DNA of 64,000 bases from positions 24,407-88,406 of the IMG/VR virus record IMGVR_UViG_3300014613_000021. The stretch is one strand, 5' to 3'. The stretch comes from a virus (lineage: Duplodnaviria; Caudoviricetes). The notes under the pieces were generated by a model. The model was not told the DNA's origin. It was given only the letters and a program-made list of their open reading frames with translations, and ran no database searches. A program made the position numbers and the translations under genes. Positions 10,288 to 19,636 of the stretch are shown here, in pieces; the first letter of the stretch is position 1, and every line of letters begins with the position of its first letter.

Positions 10288-10989
10288 TTATTTATTAACA
10301 AAATTAAATTGAAATCCTGGAGAAAAGTTATACCCTTCTTCAATACACATTTTGTAAAAAATAACATTTAACTTTTTTTCTTGTTCTTTTGTAATACATT
10401 CAACAGTTAAATATATTTTGTGATTGGGTATTTTAAGTTTTTCTTGTAATTTAATTAATTCATTTATGTTTTCCTGAGTAGAAATACGAGGTTTTAACTG
10501 ATAATCTTCATGCTTTGTTATTAACTCATACATTGCATCATAATTCTTTCTTAACTTTTCATGTCTTTGATAAATTTCTTTTGAGACAGAATTTTTTGTT
10601 GGGGTTGAGTTTGAAAGTTTTAGAGACAAAGAAATAAAATCAGCACAAGTACTTACAAATTTTGAACCTTCAGTTTCTATTGTTGTAAATTTTTTATAAT
10701 GACTTGCTAATAGACAAATTTCTTGTAATAACGGAGGATGAAGTGTTGGACTTCCGCCAGTTATTAATACGTGTTTTATTTGTTCATTTTTTGATAAATA
10801 TGTTTCAATTTCTTCAAGTGTATAGTTTTTCTTTTTATGGTCATTTTCAAATGAAAAATCACAAAACACACAGCTTAACGGACATCCTGAGAATTGAATT
10901 AAAATATGAGGTATACCAATATACATACCTTCATATTGTATTACAGTTGATAATTCAATTATTGGTCGTTCTTGTTTATAATTCATCAT
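10288..10989 (-). CDS. queE: QueE-like radical SAM enzyme (7-carboxy-7-deazaguanine synthase family), divergent
   Basis: GCPLSCVFCD CxxxCxxC, ITGGSP, IETEGS, SLSLKL, QLKP; several QueE consensus residues altered. Confidence 0.75.
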   Translation of the reverse strand: MMNYKQERPIIELSTVIQYEGMYIGIPHILIQFSGCPLSCVFCDFSFENDHKKKNYTLEEIETYLSKNEQIKHVLITGGSPTLHPPLLQEICLLASHYKKFTTIETEGSKFVSTCADFISLSLKLSNSTPTKNSVSKEIYQRHEKLRKNYDAMYELITKHEDYQLKPRISTQENINELIKLQEKLKIPNHKIYLTVECITKEQEKKLNVIFYKMCIEEGYNFSPGFQFNFVNK

Positions 10990-10995
10990 AATTTA

Positions 10996-11256
10996 TTAGT
11001 CTTTTAAATATTTTTCAATAGCTTCTAATTTATTATCAGATTCAGTTTTTAAATGGCCATGAACGTGATATTTTTTACTTCCATCAGGAAATTGTTTTGT
11101 AACAATTCCGACGTTCCATTTTAATTCAAAATCTTTAACCTTTATTTCTGTGAATTTTTCTCTTGCTGACTTTATAACTATAAGCATTTCGTCTGGAGTT
11201 AATCCGTTTTCCTGCATTTCTTTAATTATCTTATCAACTATTTCTTTTTCTTTCAT
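10996..11256 (-). CDS. hypothetical protein
   Basis: 86-aa ORF in operon. Confidence 0.55.
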   Translation of the reverse strand: MKEKEIVDKIIKEMQENGLTPDEMLIVIKSAREKFTEIKVKDFELKWNVGIVTKQFPDGSKKYHVHGHLKTESDNKLEAIEKYLKD

Positions 11257-11278
11257 AATTTTTATATTTTAAAATTTA

Positions 11279-11740
11279 TCACAATATTCTTGTTATTAAC
11301 TCAATATCAAAATATTTAATCACTTTATCAATTTTAACCTTTACCTTGTTTTTTTTTCCATCATACCCTAAACTCTTACAGACAATAGTTTCATTGTTTA
11401 TTACCACTGATACATCCTCCCCTTCAAAATAATAATTTTTTTTATCAAGTGTTCCAAAAATAGACTCTGGAAGTTTATCACTATAATAAAATTTTGGATA
11501 ACCTCCACTTCCATAAACTTCTAAATAAATTTCTTTCTTTACTGTTTCATTATCAAATATATTTGGGAGTCTATTCCTCAAACTAATGTCATCTATTTTT
11601 ATCTTTTTCCAAATTATTAATTTTGAATAAAAATTTTTATCTTGTTGATATGGATAAATTCTTCTTCTCAACTCGGTAATAACATATTCAATCTGCAATT
11701 GTTTTAAATAACTAACTAAACTTAAACCCTTATCACCCAT
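11279..11740 (-). CDS. hypothetical protein
   Basis: 153-aa ORF translationally coupled to primase. Confidence 0.65.
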   Translation of the reverse strand: MGDKGLSLVSYLKQLQIEYVITELRRRIYPYQQDKNFYSKLIIWKKIKIDDISLRNRLPNIFDNETVKKEIYLEVYGSGGYPKFYYSDKLPESIFGTLDKKNYYFEGEDVSVVINNETIVCKSLGYDGKKNKVKVKIDKVIKYFDIELITRIL

Positions 11741-12732
11741 TAAACTAAATTTTTTATGAATAATTTTGAATATTTATAAGAAAATGGTGACTCCAAATTG
11801 CAAAAAATATCTGATAATTCACCAAAGGTTAAATCACCGGGATCACTGTCTGAACTTTTAATGTGTGCAACCTGAACATTAAACCACATTTCCAACTCAA
11901 ATGAATTTTCCTGAACTTCCTTCAAAGCATCAGGATCATATAATAATATAATGTTTTTAATTTTTTTGTCCTTTAGTCTTTGAATATGATACTTTGTTAT
12001 TCTTTTTCCAAATGTACAGCAACACTTCATTTCTAATAAATCATCTAATCCAAGTAAATTTTCAATATTGAATTTATCTGTAATACCTTCAACTAAAATA
12101 ACTGTATTAGTTTCATTCTCTATTATTTCTTCAAACCCGAACAAAATCTTCTCAAAATCAGTATTAGTTGAGTTTATATATCTTTGGTGTCTTTTTTTGG
12201 AACCCTCAAGTTTCCTTCTTTCATTGAACCATTCAATCCATTCTTTTGTTTTTCTGCTTCTTGAAACATACCCGACACATACATCATTTTCCATTATTAA
12301 AAGAGTAATGTAATTTTTTCTTAATCTCGGTTCTAATTGAGCAAATCCAAATATATATTTTTCAAATTGATAAGTTTTCACTCCTCTGCTTTTTAAATAC
12401 CAATCTGAATAAACCCTTTTAAATCCAAGAGGGATGTTTTTCTTTTGTAATATGTAGTCTTTTTCTTCTTCTTCAAATAATTCCTTTTGTTCAATACGAG
12501 GTACTGTTTCATCAAACTCAACTAAATCAAGTCTCCCTATTTTTTCAAGTAAAATGTTTATATGTCCCTTTTCGCCACATTTTCCTGAAAAACAATTAAA
12601 TGATGAACTTTTATACCCAAAAACAACGCCCATTTTTTCGCCACCACAAAAAGGACAATTCTCAGCAACATACCATCCTTTGTTACCTGACTTTCTTAAT
12701 TTAAGACATTCTATGATAGCTTCTTTATTCAT
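11740..12732 (-). CDS. dnaG: DNA primase (Zn finger + TOPRIM)
   Basis: CPFCGG...CFSGKC Zn-binding domain; VILVEGITD and LLYDPDA TOPRIM motifs. Confidence 0.88.
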   Translation of the reverse strand: MNKEAIIECLKLRKSGNKGWYVAENCPFCGGEKMGVVFGYKSSSFNCFSGKCGEKGHINILLEKIGRLDLVEFDETVPRIEQKELFEEEEKDYILQKKNIPLGFKRVYSDWYLKSRGVKTYQFEKYIFGFAQLEPRLRKNYITLLIMENDVCVGYVSRSRKTKEWIEWFNERRKLEGSKKRHQRYINSTNTDFEKILFGFEEIIENETNTVILVEGITDKFNIENLLGLDDLLEMKCCCTFGKRITKYHIQRLKDKKIKNIILLYDPDALKEVQENSFELEMWFNVQVAHIKSSDSDPGDLTFGELSDIFCNLESPFSYKYSKLFIKNLV

Positions 12733-12761
12733 TGTTTTTTAAATAATTTTCAATAATCATA

Positions 12762-14126
12762 TCAATAAAAGTTTTCAATCGTTTTCATCCTATCATAAAA
12801 CCTATCATACCGATAATTCTGATAAATTTTAATTGTTTGTCCTGCTTTGAAGTGCCTTAATTTATCCAAATAAATCCTCATCATTCCATCCCTATATTCA
12901 TCTTTTGTTTGATTCAGAGACATCACGAAACTAAATGAATTTGTTAATTCTTTTGTATTTGAAGCATAATGCCTGTCTATAACCCACTCCGGATCATTCC
13001 ATAAAGTTGGAGGCACATCACTTGCTTGTGTAGGGACAGTTACCCTTGTTTGATATTCAACAGCAATATTTTTTAATTTATCGGCAATCGCTTCCCTTCT
13101 TTGCTTTTCATCATTTACACCATATCTTTTGCCGTTTCCGGGATGGGAAATTTTTTCAAGATAATCTATATAAACATCGTCAATCCGGCCATGTATTTTG
13201 ATTAAATCAGAAACAAATAATTTTATATCAAACATTGAAGCAGACTCAAACTGTTCGTAAGCATGAACATAAATATCTGACCCTTTTGCTCTTATATCTT
13301 TTACTATCTTTTGAAGTTTCTGATATGTTTTATTATGTATATTACCAATTTTTACATCACTCATTAAACAAGCCGTCCAAGTAGCATCATAACCATTTAA
13401 GCATTCTTGCTCCGAACCTTCCAACTGAACATGAGCAACTAAATTACCTCTCCTTGCCGAATGAACTGCCATGTGTCGGACACATTTCGTTTTACCAACC
13501 CCTGACCGGGATATTACCAGTGTTGTGTCAGTTACATCTTTCCCTCCATTAGTAATATCATCAATTTCATCAATTCCAAAAGGTATCTTGTGAATAAACT
13601 TACTTGTTTTTGAATTTATAACTCTTATTTTGTTTCTATTTTCAAAATCACCAAATATTGATTCATAATATTTAGTCCCCTTTTTAATTGAAAAAGTAGA
13701 TAGTTTTTCAGAAAATTTATTTAACTCTCCCCTTGCTTTTTCTTTCTCACCCTTACTATAAGTCTCACCAAATTTATAATAAAAGGTTTCTGCCATTGCA
13801 TCTTTTAAAAAATCCTCAAGTGACTCCATTGCAGAATCAACTTCAAGTACATCAGCTTCTTTTATTTTTTCAAGTAATTCAACTGCATCCTGATCTTTTT
13901 TAACCCTTCTGTCAAAATACTGAGAAATCATACCAATAGTAGGAACTTTCTTCGTTTCACTTATTGAATATTCAGTCTTTATAGCTTTCCAAATTTTTTT
14001 ATATCCCTCGATCGGAAGATAGCTATATTCTAAATGTTCAATTAATATACTGATAACCTTTGAGTTTCTAAAACAAAGTTTAAACAATTCATTAAGAAAA
14101 TTATCACTGAGTTTGTTTGAGGCCAT
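12762..14126 (-). CDS. dnaB: replicative DnaB-like helicase
   Basis: SRSGVGKT Walker A, HVQLEG, YIDYL Walker B, TQA motif; adjacent to primase. Confidence 0.88.
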   Translation of the reverse strand: MASNKLSDNFLNELFKLCFRNSKVISILIEHLEYSYLPIEGYKKIWKAIKTEYSISETKKVPTIGMISQYFDRRVKKDQDAVELLEKIKEADVLEVDSAMESLEDFLKDAMAETFYYKFGETYSKGEKEKARGELNKFSEKLSTFSIKKGTKYYESIFGDFENRNKIRVINSKTSKFIHKIPFGIDEIDDITNGGKDVTDTTLVISRSGVGKTKCVRHMAVHSARRGNLVAHVQLEGSEQECLNGYDATWTACLMSDVKIGNIHNKTYQKLQKIVKDIRAKGSDIYVHAYEQFESASMFDIKLFVSDLIKIHGRIDDVYIDYLEKISHPGNGKRYGVNDEKQRREAIADKLKNIAVEYQTRVTVPTQASDVPPTLWNDPEWVIDRHYASNTKELTNSFSFVMSLNQTKDEYRDGMMRIYLDKLRHFKAGQTIKIYQNYRYDRFYDRMKTIENFY

Positions 14127-14176
14127 TTATTATAGATAATTCGCTATAAATATAAATAATATATTTTGAAAACCAA

Positions 14177-15826
14177 TTAAAGAAAATCAAATGAAAATGA
14201 TTCATTGACATATTTACAAGCCAAAATAGCTAACCATAACGAATAAACTGTATCATCATTTTCACTTATACTTGCAAGTCTGTTTTTATCAGTCCATGTT
14301 ATACTACTTAATTCTGATGCAACTACATCTGTCATATCTCTTGACTGTGCGTCACCTCTCGGAAATTTCATCCTGCTTTGTTCAAATAAAATAGCCAGTC
14401 CCGGTAACCCTTTATCCAAATCAAACTTATTTGTTCCAGTTGTATGAGGAACAACATTCAAATTTGAATCATTTGCCAAATCTATCATTACTTTCTGAAA
14501 AGCGTTCGCCTCTGCCATAATTACGTCAGGAAGAAAATTAGCCTTTATTTGTTTTAACATTGCAATCTGCTTACTATAATGAACCCCCTTTTCTCTCCAA
14601 TACCACAACAACCAATAATTGTCAAGTTCATCAATCCCTATTATTGTATAAACTGTATAATCGGCATCCATTTTTTCAGAAATAGCAAAGTCACAACCAA
14701 CACCTATTTTAACAAATTTTTTCTTAAATGAAAATATATTAGGTGTCATTATATAATCATCCATCCCTACAAATGCTTTTCTTATAATCTCATAAGGGAA
14801 AATAGAATTAGCATCTGAAACAGGAGTCACAAGTATTTCTCTTGAAAATTTAATTGAACCCTGTGAATCTTTTTTATCTAACAAATCTTGAAGTGTCCAT
14901 CTATCTTCCCACAACAATTTTCCATTTGGAAAAACACCAGGATACTCAAAGACCCTCCACTTAGGATTAACTTTTAAATTCCCGTATAAATCTTTTTCAT
15001 GGAATGGTGTTCCGATAACCTTAACCTCACCGGCCTTTAATACCATGTTCATTATTTCAGAATGGAAAACTTCTTCAAACTTTTCTCTCTGTTCTAATGA
15101 ATATAAAGCTGATTTATTCAAAAAATCATCTACAACAATATAACCTGGATGAAACCCCCTTAAGGAACTATCAAAAGCTCCAAGCATTAACATTGCTCCA
15201 TTTAAACAAGTTACCCCGTCCTCACCCCAACCTATTTTACCAGGATACAGTCTCTCTCTCAATATATTGTTGCCTTCAACTTCTTCTCTTATAAATTTTA
15301 ATAAATGCCTTGATAATTTAAACCGATTAGTTATAAGCATTCCAAGTTTAGTTAATCTTGCAGAAGGGGTATTTGGTTTATGTTGATACATTTTCCACAA
15401 AAGATATGCAAAAGAAAAAGCATGAGATTTACCATGATCTCTGGCCGCAAGAATACAAAGAAACCTGTGAAGTTGAATTAAATTAAACCATTCAATATGA
15501 TGCCAGCTTACATCAAACCCCGAAAGACAACTGATAACAAAATAATTAAGACTTATACACCTTAATTCTTCTTCTACATCTTTCGTTAAATATTGAAGAT
15601 AATCAAATGTTAAGTTTTTTATGGGTTTAACTTTACATGAAAAAGCCTTCAATGTTTCGTCTGTAAGAACCTTTAAAATTTTATCTATATCCGTTTCATT
15701 CCCTGAAAACAACTCGTTTAGTGCCTCCGGAGAAAGACTGGAAATAATTTGTTCAGTAAACTTATAGGATTGATTTATTTCTTCAATAGAAATAATTCTT
15801 TTTTTTGGAAGAAAAACCTTTTTCAT
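14177..15826 (-). CDS. terL: terminase large subunit
   Basis: AARDHGKS Walker A, LRGFHPGYIVVDD Walker B, IGTP, GCDFA and DDTVYSLWLA nuclease motifs. Confidence 0.92.
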   Translation of the reverse strand: MKKVFLPKKRIISIEEINQSYKFTEQIISSLSPEALNELFSGNETDIDKILKVLTDETLKAFSCKVKPIKNLTFDYLQYLTKDVEEELRCISLNYFVISCLSGFDVSWHHIEWFNLIQLHRFLCILAARDHGKSHAFSFAYLLWKMYQHKPNTPSARLTKLGMLITNRFKLSRHLLKFIREEVEGNNILRERLYPGKIGWGEDGVTCLNGAMLMLGAFDSSLRGFHPGYIVVDDFLNKSALYSLEQREKFEEVFHSEIMNMVLKAGEVKVIGTPFHEKDLYGNLKVNPKWRVFEYPGVFPNGKLLWEDRWTLQDLLDKKDSQGSIKFSREILVTPVSDANSIFPYEIIRKAFVGMDDYIMTPNIFSFKKKFVKIGVGCDFAISEKMDADYTVYTIIGIDELDNYWLLWYWREKGVHYSKQIAMLKQIKANFLPDVIMAEANAFQKVMIDLANDSNLNVVPHTTGTNKFDLDKGLPGLAILFEQSRMKFPRGDAQSRDMTDVVASELSSITWTDKNRLASISENDDTVYSLWLAILACKYVNESFSFDFL

Positions 15827-16462
15827 CTAAATTTCAAATGTATCCCTGAACCTTTCTTCTTTTTTTTCTTCTTTTACAATAACTGTGCTTTCTCTAAAGC
15901 AATTTGCAAAATATTTAAATAAGCGCATTGTTGCCTCTGTATCTGGCATAGCTCTGTGAGCGTCCACAAGATTAAACCCGGATTTCTGACAACAAGTACT
16001 TAACTTATGGTTTTTCATTGTATCATCCAATCCCCATTTTAATCTTGAGATACACATAGTATCCCACATAAAACTATCCACAACAGAATATAGGTTTTTC
16101 TCACAAAACTCAAAAGCATATTCAAGAAATGGTGAGTCAAAACTTTTAAAATTATGTCCAACCATTTGAATCTTTTTATACTTACCCATCTTTAACATTG
16201 AAAAGGCTTCGGTTAATTCGTCAACTATATCTTTTATCTCTCTTCCTTCTTTCTCAAGTAATTCAGGTATTATTCCTGTTACCTTTTGAGCTTCTGGACT
16301 GTAAAATAAGCCATTATAATTTTTTACTAATGATTCATATCTATATATTTCTTCCAAATTAGTATCAAGAAATATAATAGCTATTTCAGTTATTGGGTTT
16401 TTTTCAGCAGAAAAACCTCCTGTTTCGAGGTCTATTACTGCAAAATTATTGTCATAAATCAT
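15827..16462 (-). CDS. DEDDh 3'-5' exonuclease (DnaQ/epsilon-like)
   Basis: IDLETGG, GHNFKSFD, HRAMPDTEAT. Confidence 0.9.
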   Translation of the reverse strand: MIYDNNFAVIDLETGGFSAEKNPITEIAIIFLDTNLEEIYRYESLVKNYNGLFYSPEAQKVTGIIPELLEKEGREIKDIVDELTEAFSMLKMGKYKKIQMVGHNFKSFDSPFLEYAFEFCEKNLYSVVDSFMWDTMCISRLKWGLDDTMKNHKLSTCCQKSGFNLVDAHRAMPDTEATMRLFKYFANCFRESTVIVKEEKKEERFRDTFEI

Positions 16463-16594
16463 TTGAGATAATTTTTTTTATTAATATTTAGTTTTATTTC
16501 ACAATCTTTATAATTTTGTTATTCATTTCACTGTATTTTAATTAATTAAAATTTAAAAAAGTAATAAACGAAGTTAACTACCACTGCATATTAG

Positions 16595-17377
16595 TTATAA
16601 GCCATTAGCCCAACGCTCTGTTGCTTCCTTATATATTTCCGTGTCCAATTCGCTTAATATCCATTTTCTATTTAAACTATCTGCCACCTTACCCGTAGTT
16701 CCGCTACCACCAAAGCAATCAAATACAGTCTCGTTTTCATAAGAATAATATCGTATTACATTTTCCGCAAGTTTTTTTGGGAAGGATGCTGTGTGCCAAC
16801 TTTTGGTTTCGGGTTGTATTTCCCACACGTTAGTTCGTTCATATTCACCGTTCACAAAGCTGTTATTTTGTAGTACCTTATCAATCAAAAAATTGGCTTT
16901 TTTCTTAAATACAAGTACATATTCTGTAACTATGTTCGGCTTGTATGCTACTGGCTTTCTATGTCTGTAAAACCCACCATTTCTATTCGCTGCTGCTCCA
17001 TCAGGTTTCTTCCAAATTATATCTTCCAAAAACTCAAAGCCAATTTTCTCCATCATTGGTACAAAGTAGTAAGGTAATGGTATTCGGTAGCTTTGTTCAC
17101 TACGTTTCTGCCTCTTTACAAGTACAGGGCTAATATTAATTACACACATTCTACTTGGTTTTAGCACTCGTTCAATCCCAAAAAAAACTTGCTCCATTTC
17201 GTGCATATAATCCGCTACACTACTATATTGGCTGTATTCTCTTGCATTGTAGTAAGGTGGCGAAGTGAACACTAAGTCTATGCTATTATCATCGAGTCTA
17301 TTTATAGTTTCTTTACAGTCCTCATTCCAAAATTCCCCACGCTCAAATAACGGCTTATAACACGTGGTTAACGTCAT
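16595..17377 (-). CDS. DNA methyltransferase, beta class (N4-C/N6-A family)
   Basis: DLVFTSPPY motif IV before DCFGGSGTT motif I; start uncertain (ATG 17377 chosen over TTG 17428). Confidence 0.9.
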   Translation of the reverse strand: MTLTTCYKPLFERGEFWNEDCKETINRLDDNSIDLVFTSPPYYNAREYSQYSSVADYMHEMEQVFFGIERVLKPSRMCVINISPVLVKRQKRSEQSYRIPLPYYFVPMMEKIGFEFLEDIIWKKPDGAAANRNGGFYRHRKPVAYKPNIVTEYVLVFKKKANFLIDKVLQNNSFVNGEYERTNVWEIQPETKSWHTASFPKKLAENVIRYYSYENETVFDCFGGSGTTGKVADSLNRKWILSELDTEIYKEATERWANGL

Positions 17378-17487
17378 TGCCTTTTTCTTCGTTGATAATT
17401 TCTTGGTTTTCCATGTTTTGTATTTCAATTAAAGTTTGTACTAAATTTAAGGTCGGCAACGAACGCCAACCGTCAAACATTATAGCC
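17352..17487. repeat. attC-like imperfect inverted repeat B
   Basis: Minus-strand arms GGCTATAAT..GGTTGGCGTTCGTTGCC and GGCAATGACGTTAACC..GTTATAAGCC enclose an AT-rich loop. Confidence 0.7.
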
Positions 17488-17812
17488 AATATGAAATAAA
17501 CTTACCAGCCATAAATAAAAGTCCGAATATTGCAATTAATCCTATCATTTCAACGCATTTATTTTGGAAGTGCTGTTTAAACGATAGCTTTGACCTACTT
17601 ACACATTTACCTGAATAAGATAAATGTATCCTTATCCAGTAAGTCATTTCAATTGCACTATCAATATTACCTTTGCAAAATTGAATAATCATCCATCCTA
17701 TTTCCCAAAATAAATGCTCAGCCCAGTTAAACATACTGGCTATAATACCGCATAAAACCAATAAAGGTTTCAGTGCATTTCGTAGGTTAGTAATTCTATT
17801 TAAGTATTTCAT
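17480..17812 (-). CDS. hypothetical membrane protein (cassette gene)
   Basis: 110 aa with hydrophobic segments; starts inside the loop of site A and ends in the arm of site B. Confidence 0.6.
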   Translation of the reverse strand: MKYLNRITNLRNALKPLLVLCGIIASMFNWAEHLFWEIGWMIIQFCKGNIDSAIEMTYWIRIHLSYSGKCVSRSKLSFKQHFQNKCVEMIGLIAIFGLLFMAGKFISYWL

Positions 17813-17871
17813 ATATTGATAATTAAGTGTTTCAAATTCCTTTACTGGTCTTATGCAAAACGTTATAAAAC
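17737..17871. repeat. attC-like imperfect inverted repeat A
   Basis: Minus-strand arm TGCATAAGACCAGTAAAGG pairs with CCTTTATTGGTTTTATGCG (16 of 19 Watson-Crick, differences G-T compatible); flanked by TATAAC/ATTATA cores. Confidence 0.72.
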
Positions 17872-18126
17872 AGTTTGCGAATATCGTTTCAGTGTTTTAC
17901 CGCAAATCTGGCATTTATCAGTAAATGTTTTTTCAATCGGAATTGCACAATCGCAAACCGATTTTATAGCAGGTATAACACAATTTTTTGCTTGCGTTAG
18001 TGCTGCTATAATGTCATTGCAATTAATAAGCATTTCTGCTATTTGCTTTTTAGGCAACTTCATATACATTGCCATTTTTTCTTCTTTTGTCTGTTGTACT
18101 ATCTGTAACATATTTTTAAGTTTCAT
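17863..18126 (-). CDS. hypothetical protein with C-terminal Zn-ribbon-like mini-cassette
   Basis: CDC...CQIC; the last ~35 codons lie within the 17862-17970 cassette. Confidence 0.55.
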   Translation of the reverse strand: MKLKNMLQIVQQTKEEKMAMYMKLPKKQIAEMLINCNDIIAALTQAKNCVIPAIKSVCDCAIPIEKTFTDKCQICGKTLKRYSQTVL

Positions 18127-18180
18127 AGTCTTTAATTTGTTAATATATATGTATATTTTCGTATCTACATATCAAAAATT

Positions 18181-18426
18181 TCACTCACCTAATAACCTAT
18201 AAACCTTCACTCCCGCAAAACGCAAATCAAGAGGCATTATTTCATTTCCCCCTAAATATGGAGGTAAGTAACCTCTCCTGATATAACCCTGAACATCAGA
18301 AACAGTAAAAGGGACACCTGATTTTTTCTTTCCAAATTTCTCATTTAAAAAATTAGTAAGCTGTGTTAATGTAAAATCTTTACCTTCCTGAATAGTTTGT
18401 TTCTTGTTTTCCATTTCATAAGACAT
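18181..18426 (-). CDS. small winged-HTH/MerR-like DNA-binding protein
   Basis: TLTQLTNFLN...FTVSDVQGYIRRGYLP. Confidence 0.5.
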   Translation of the reverse strand: MSYEMENKKQTIQEGKDFTLTQLTNFLNEKFGKKKSGVPFTVSDVQGYIRRGYLPPYLGGNEIMPLDLRFAGVKVYRLLGE

Positions 18427-18433
18427 ATTGTTT

Positions 18434-18934
18434 TTAAACCAATTTTGACATTAATAGACAATAATATTGATAATCATTCACTTTTATAAACTTCATCCTT
18501 TCATTAAAATTCAAAAGTTTTCTTTTTTCATTCATTGAACCGTGTTCCCAAATATCATGGCAACCTTTATTTCCGTTCATACTTAAACAATCGAATACAA
18601 TGTTTTCTTTTACACACTCAAATTTAGTGTTTTGACCTACCGGAATTATATGTGAATGACTTAATGGATTTACCCGACTTCCGCACCCTGAACATATCCT
18701 TTCTCTTTCGGTATCTATTTCCCGGTAAACTTTGTTTTTAAGTTTCATTATTTCAGCTTTCTTTTTTGAAACCTGATTTATTACTTTTGATTGTGTTGGT
18801 AAATTATATTTTATATGACAATAATAAGATTCTCCCGGATGAAGTCTTTCCCAATTACATCTATTACACAACCAATATTTTTTGTTTACTATTGGTAGGT
18901 TTTTATTACACTTTTCGCAAAGTCCTCTCTGCAT
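18434..18934 (-). CDS. HNH-like endonuclease with Zn fingers
   Basis: CEKC..CNRC; CSGC...SHSHIIP...NIVFDC...GCHDIWE. Confidence 0.7.
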   Translation of the reverse strand: MQRGLCEKCNKNLPIVNKKYWLCNRCNWERLHPGESYYCHIKYNLPTQSKVINQVSKKKAEIMKLKNKVYREIDTERERICSGCGSRVNPLSHSHIIPVGQNTKFECVKENIVFDCLSMNGNKGCHDIWEHGSMNEKRKLLNFNERMKFIKVNDYQYYCLLMSKLV

Positions 18935-19487
18935 ATATTTTAGGTAAATTTATTTTCAATAATCCAATGCAACTGTTTTTAAAAAGACAACTAAAACAAA
19001 ACTTACTTTTTCGATTGTAAAAGGTTGTGTTTTCAATACAATTTAAAAACCCCTCAGTATTGCCATAAAACCTTTCCTTTTCTTCTTCTTCTCTTTTACT
19101 TATATCAGTATGGGTTTTTTGCTCTGTTTTTATTAAATCACCCTTTTTTATTTCATATTGTCTACAAAATAATTCTGAAAAATAAATCTGGTTATTGTCT
19201 TTCTCAATGAATCTTTTTAAAGCCTTGTTTCCAATAATCCAATTAAAATAAACCCTTCTTTTCCCGAGTTTCGTTCTTTTCTCATCCCAATACATAAACT
19301 GAAAAGAAAAATAAAAAAATAACCAATCAAACCCAATTCCATCACCGTATTTTTTTTGAACCTTCTTTATAAAATTTTGGGTTGTTTTCTTGTCTTTATC
19401 AGTATATGTTAACGAAAATAATTCATTATTCGTTATCTTCCTATAAAAGTACTCAAAGAACTTTATTGTTTCACTTTCAGAAATCAC
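18906..19487 (-). CDS. hypothetical protein
   Basis: 193-aa ORF with C-terminal Cys cluster (CFSCLFKNSC). Confidence 0.65.
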   Translation of the reverse strand: MISESETIKFFEYFYRKITNNELFSLTYTDKDKKTTQNFIKKVQKKYGDGIGFDWLFFYFSFQFMYWDEKRTKLGKRRVYFNWIIGNKALKRFIEKDNNQIYFSELFCRQYEIKKGDLIKTEQKTHTDISKREEEEKERFYGNTEGFLNCIENTTFYNRKSKFCFSCLFKNSCIGLLKINLPKIYAERTLRKV

Positions 19488-19552
19488 AATTAAATATAAT
19501 TTTTATAAAAATATAAATAATATATTAATTTTCCAAATTTAGACAAACACCT

Positions 19553-19634
19553 TGTACTGCCCCTTACTGACTAAAAAATCCCCCAAGTATGCATTAGAAA
19601 GAGGCATGGGGGATATATTGCCAGCAAGGGCTAC
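19553..19634 (-). ncRNA. candidate structured small RNA or attenuator
   Basis: Starts a few nt after TATCTTTG; outer stem CCCUUGCUGGC/GUCAGUAAGGG (11 bp, 2 G-U) encloses UCCCCCA/UGGGGGA followed by U6. Confidence 0.5.
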
Positions 19635-19636
19635 TT

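Larger units (their letters stand above)
16594..17970 (-). mobile_element. integron-like gene-cassette array (three cassettes, attC-like sites, no integrase in window)
   Basis: Cassette ends are reverse complements: GTTATAAGCC(17361-17352)/GGCTTATAAC(16603-16594); ATTATAGCCA(17746-17737)/TGGCTATAAT(17488-17479); GCTATAAAATCGGTTTGCGA(17970-17951)/TCGCAAACTGTTTTATAAC(17880-17862). Long imperfect inverted repeats lie between cassettes. Confidence 0.72.

Noticed and set aside
17816-18202. 128-aa plus-strand ORF
   Set aside because: Antisense to the cassette gene and hairpin A; no independent support
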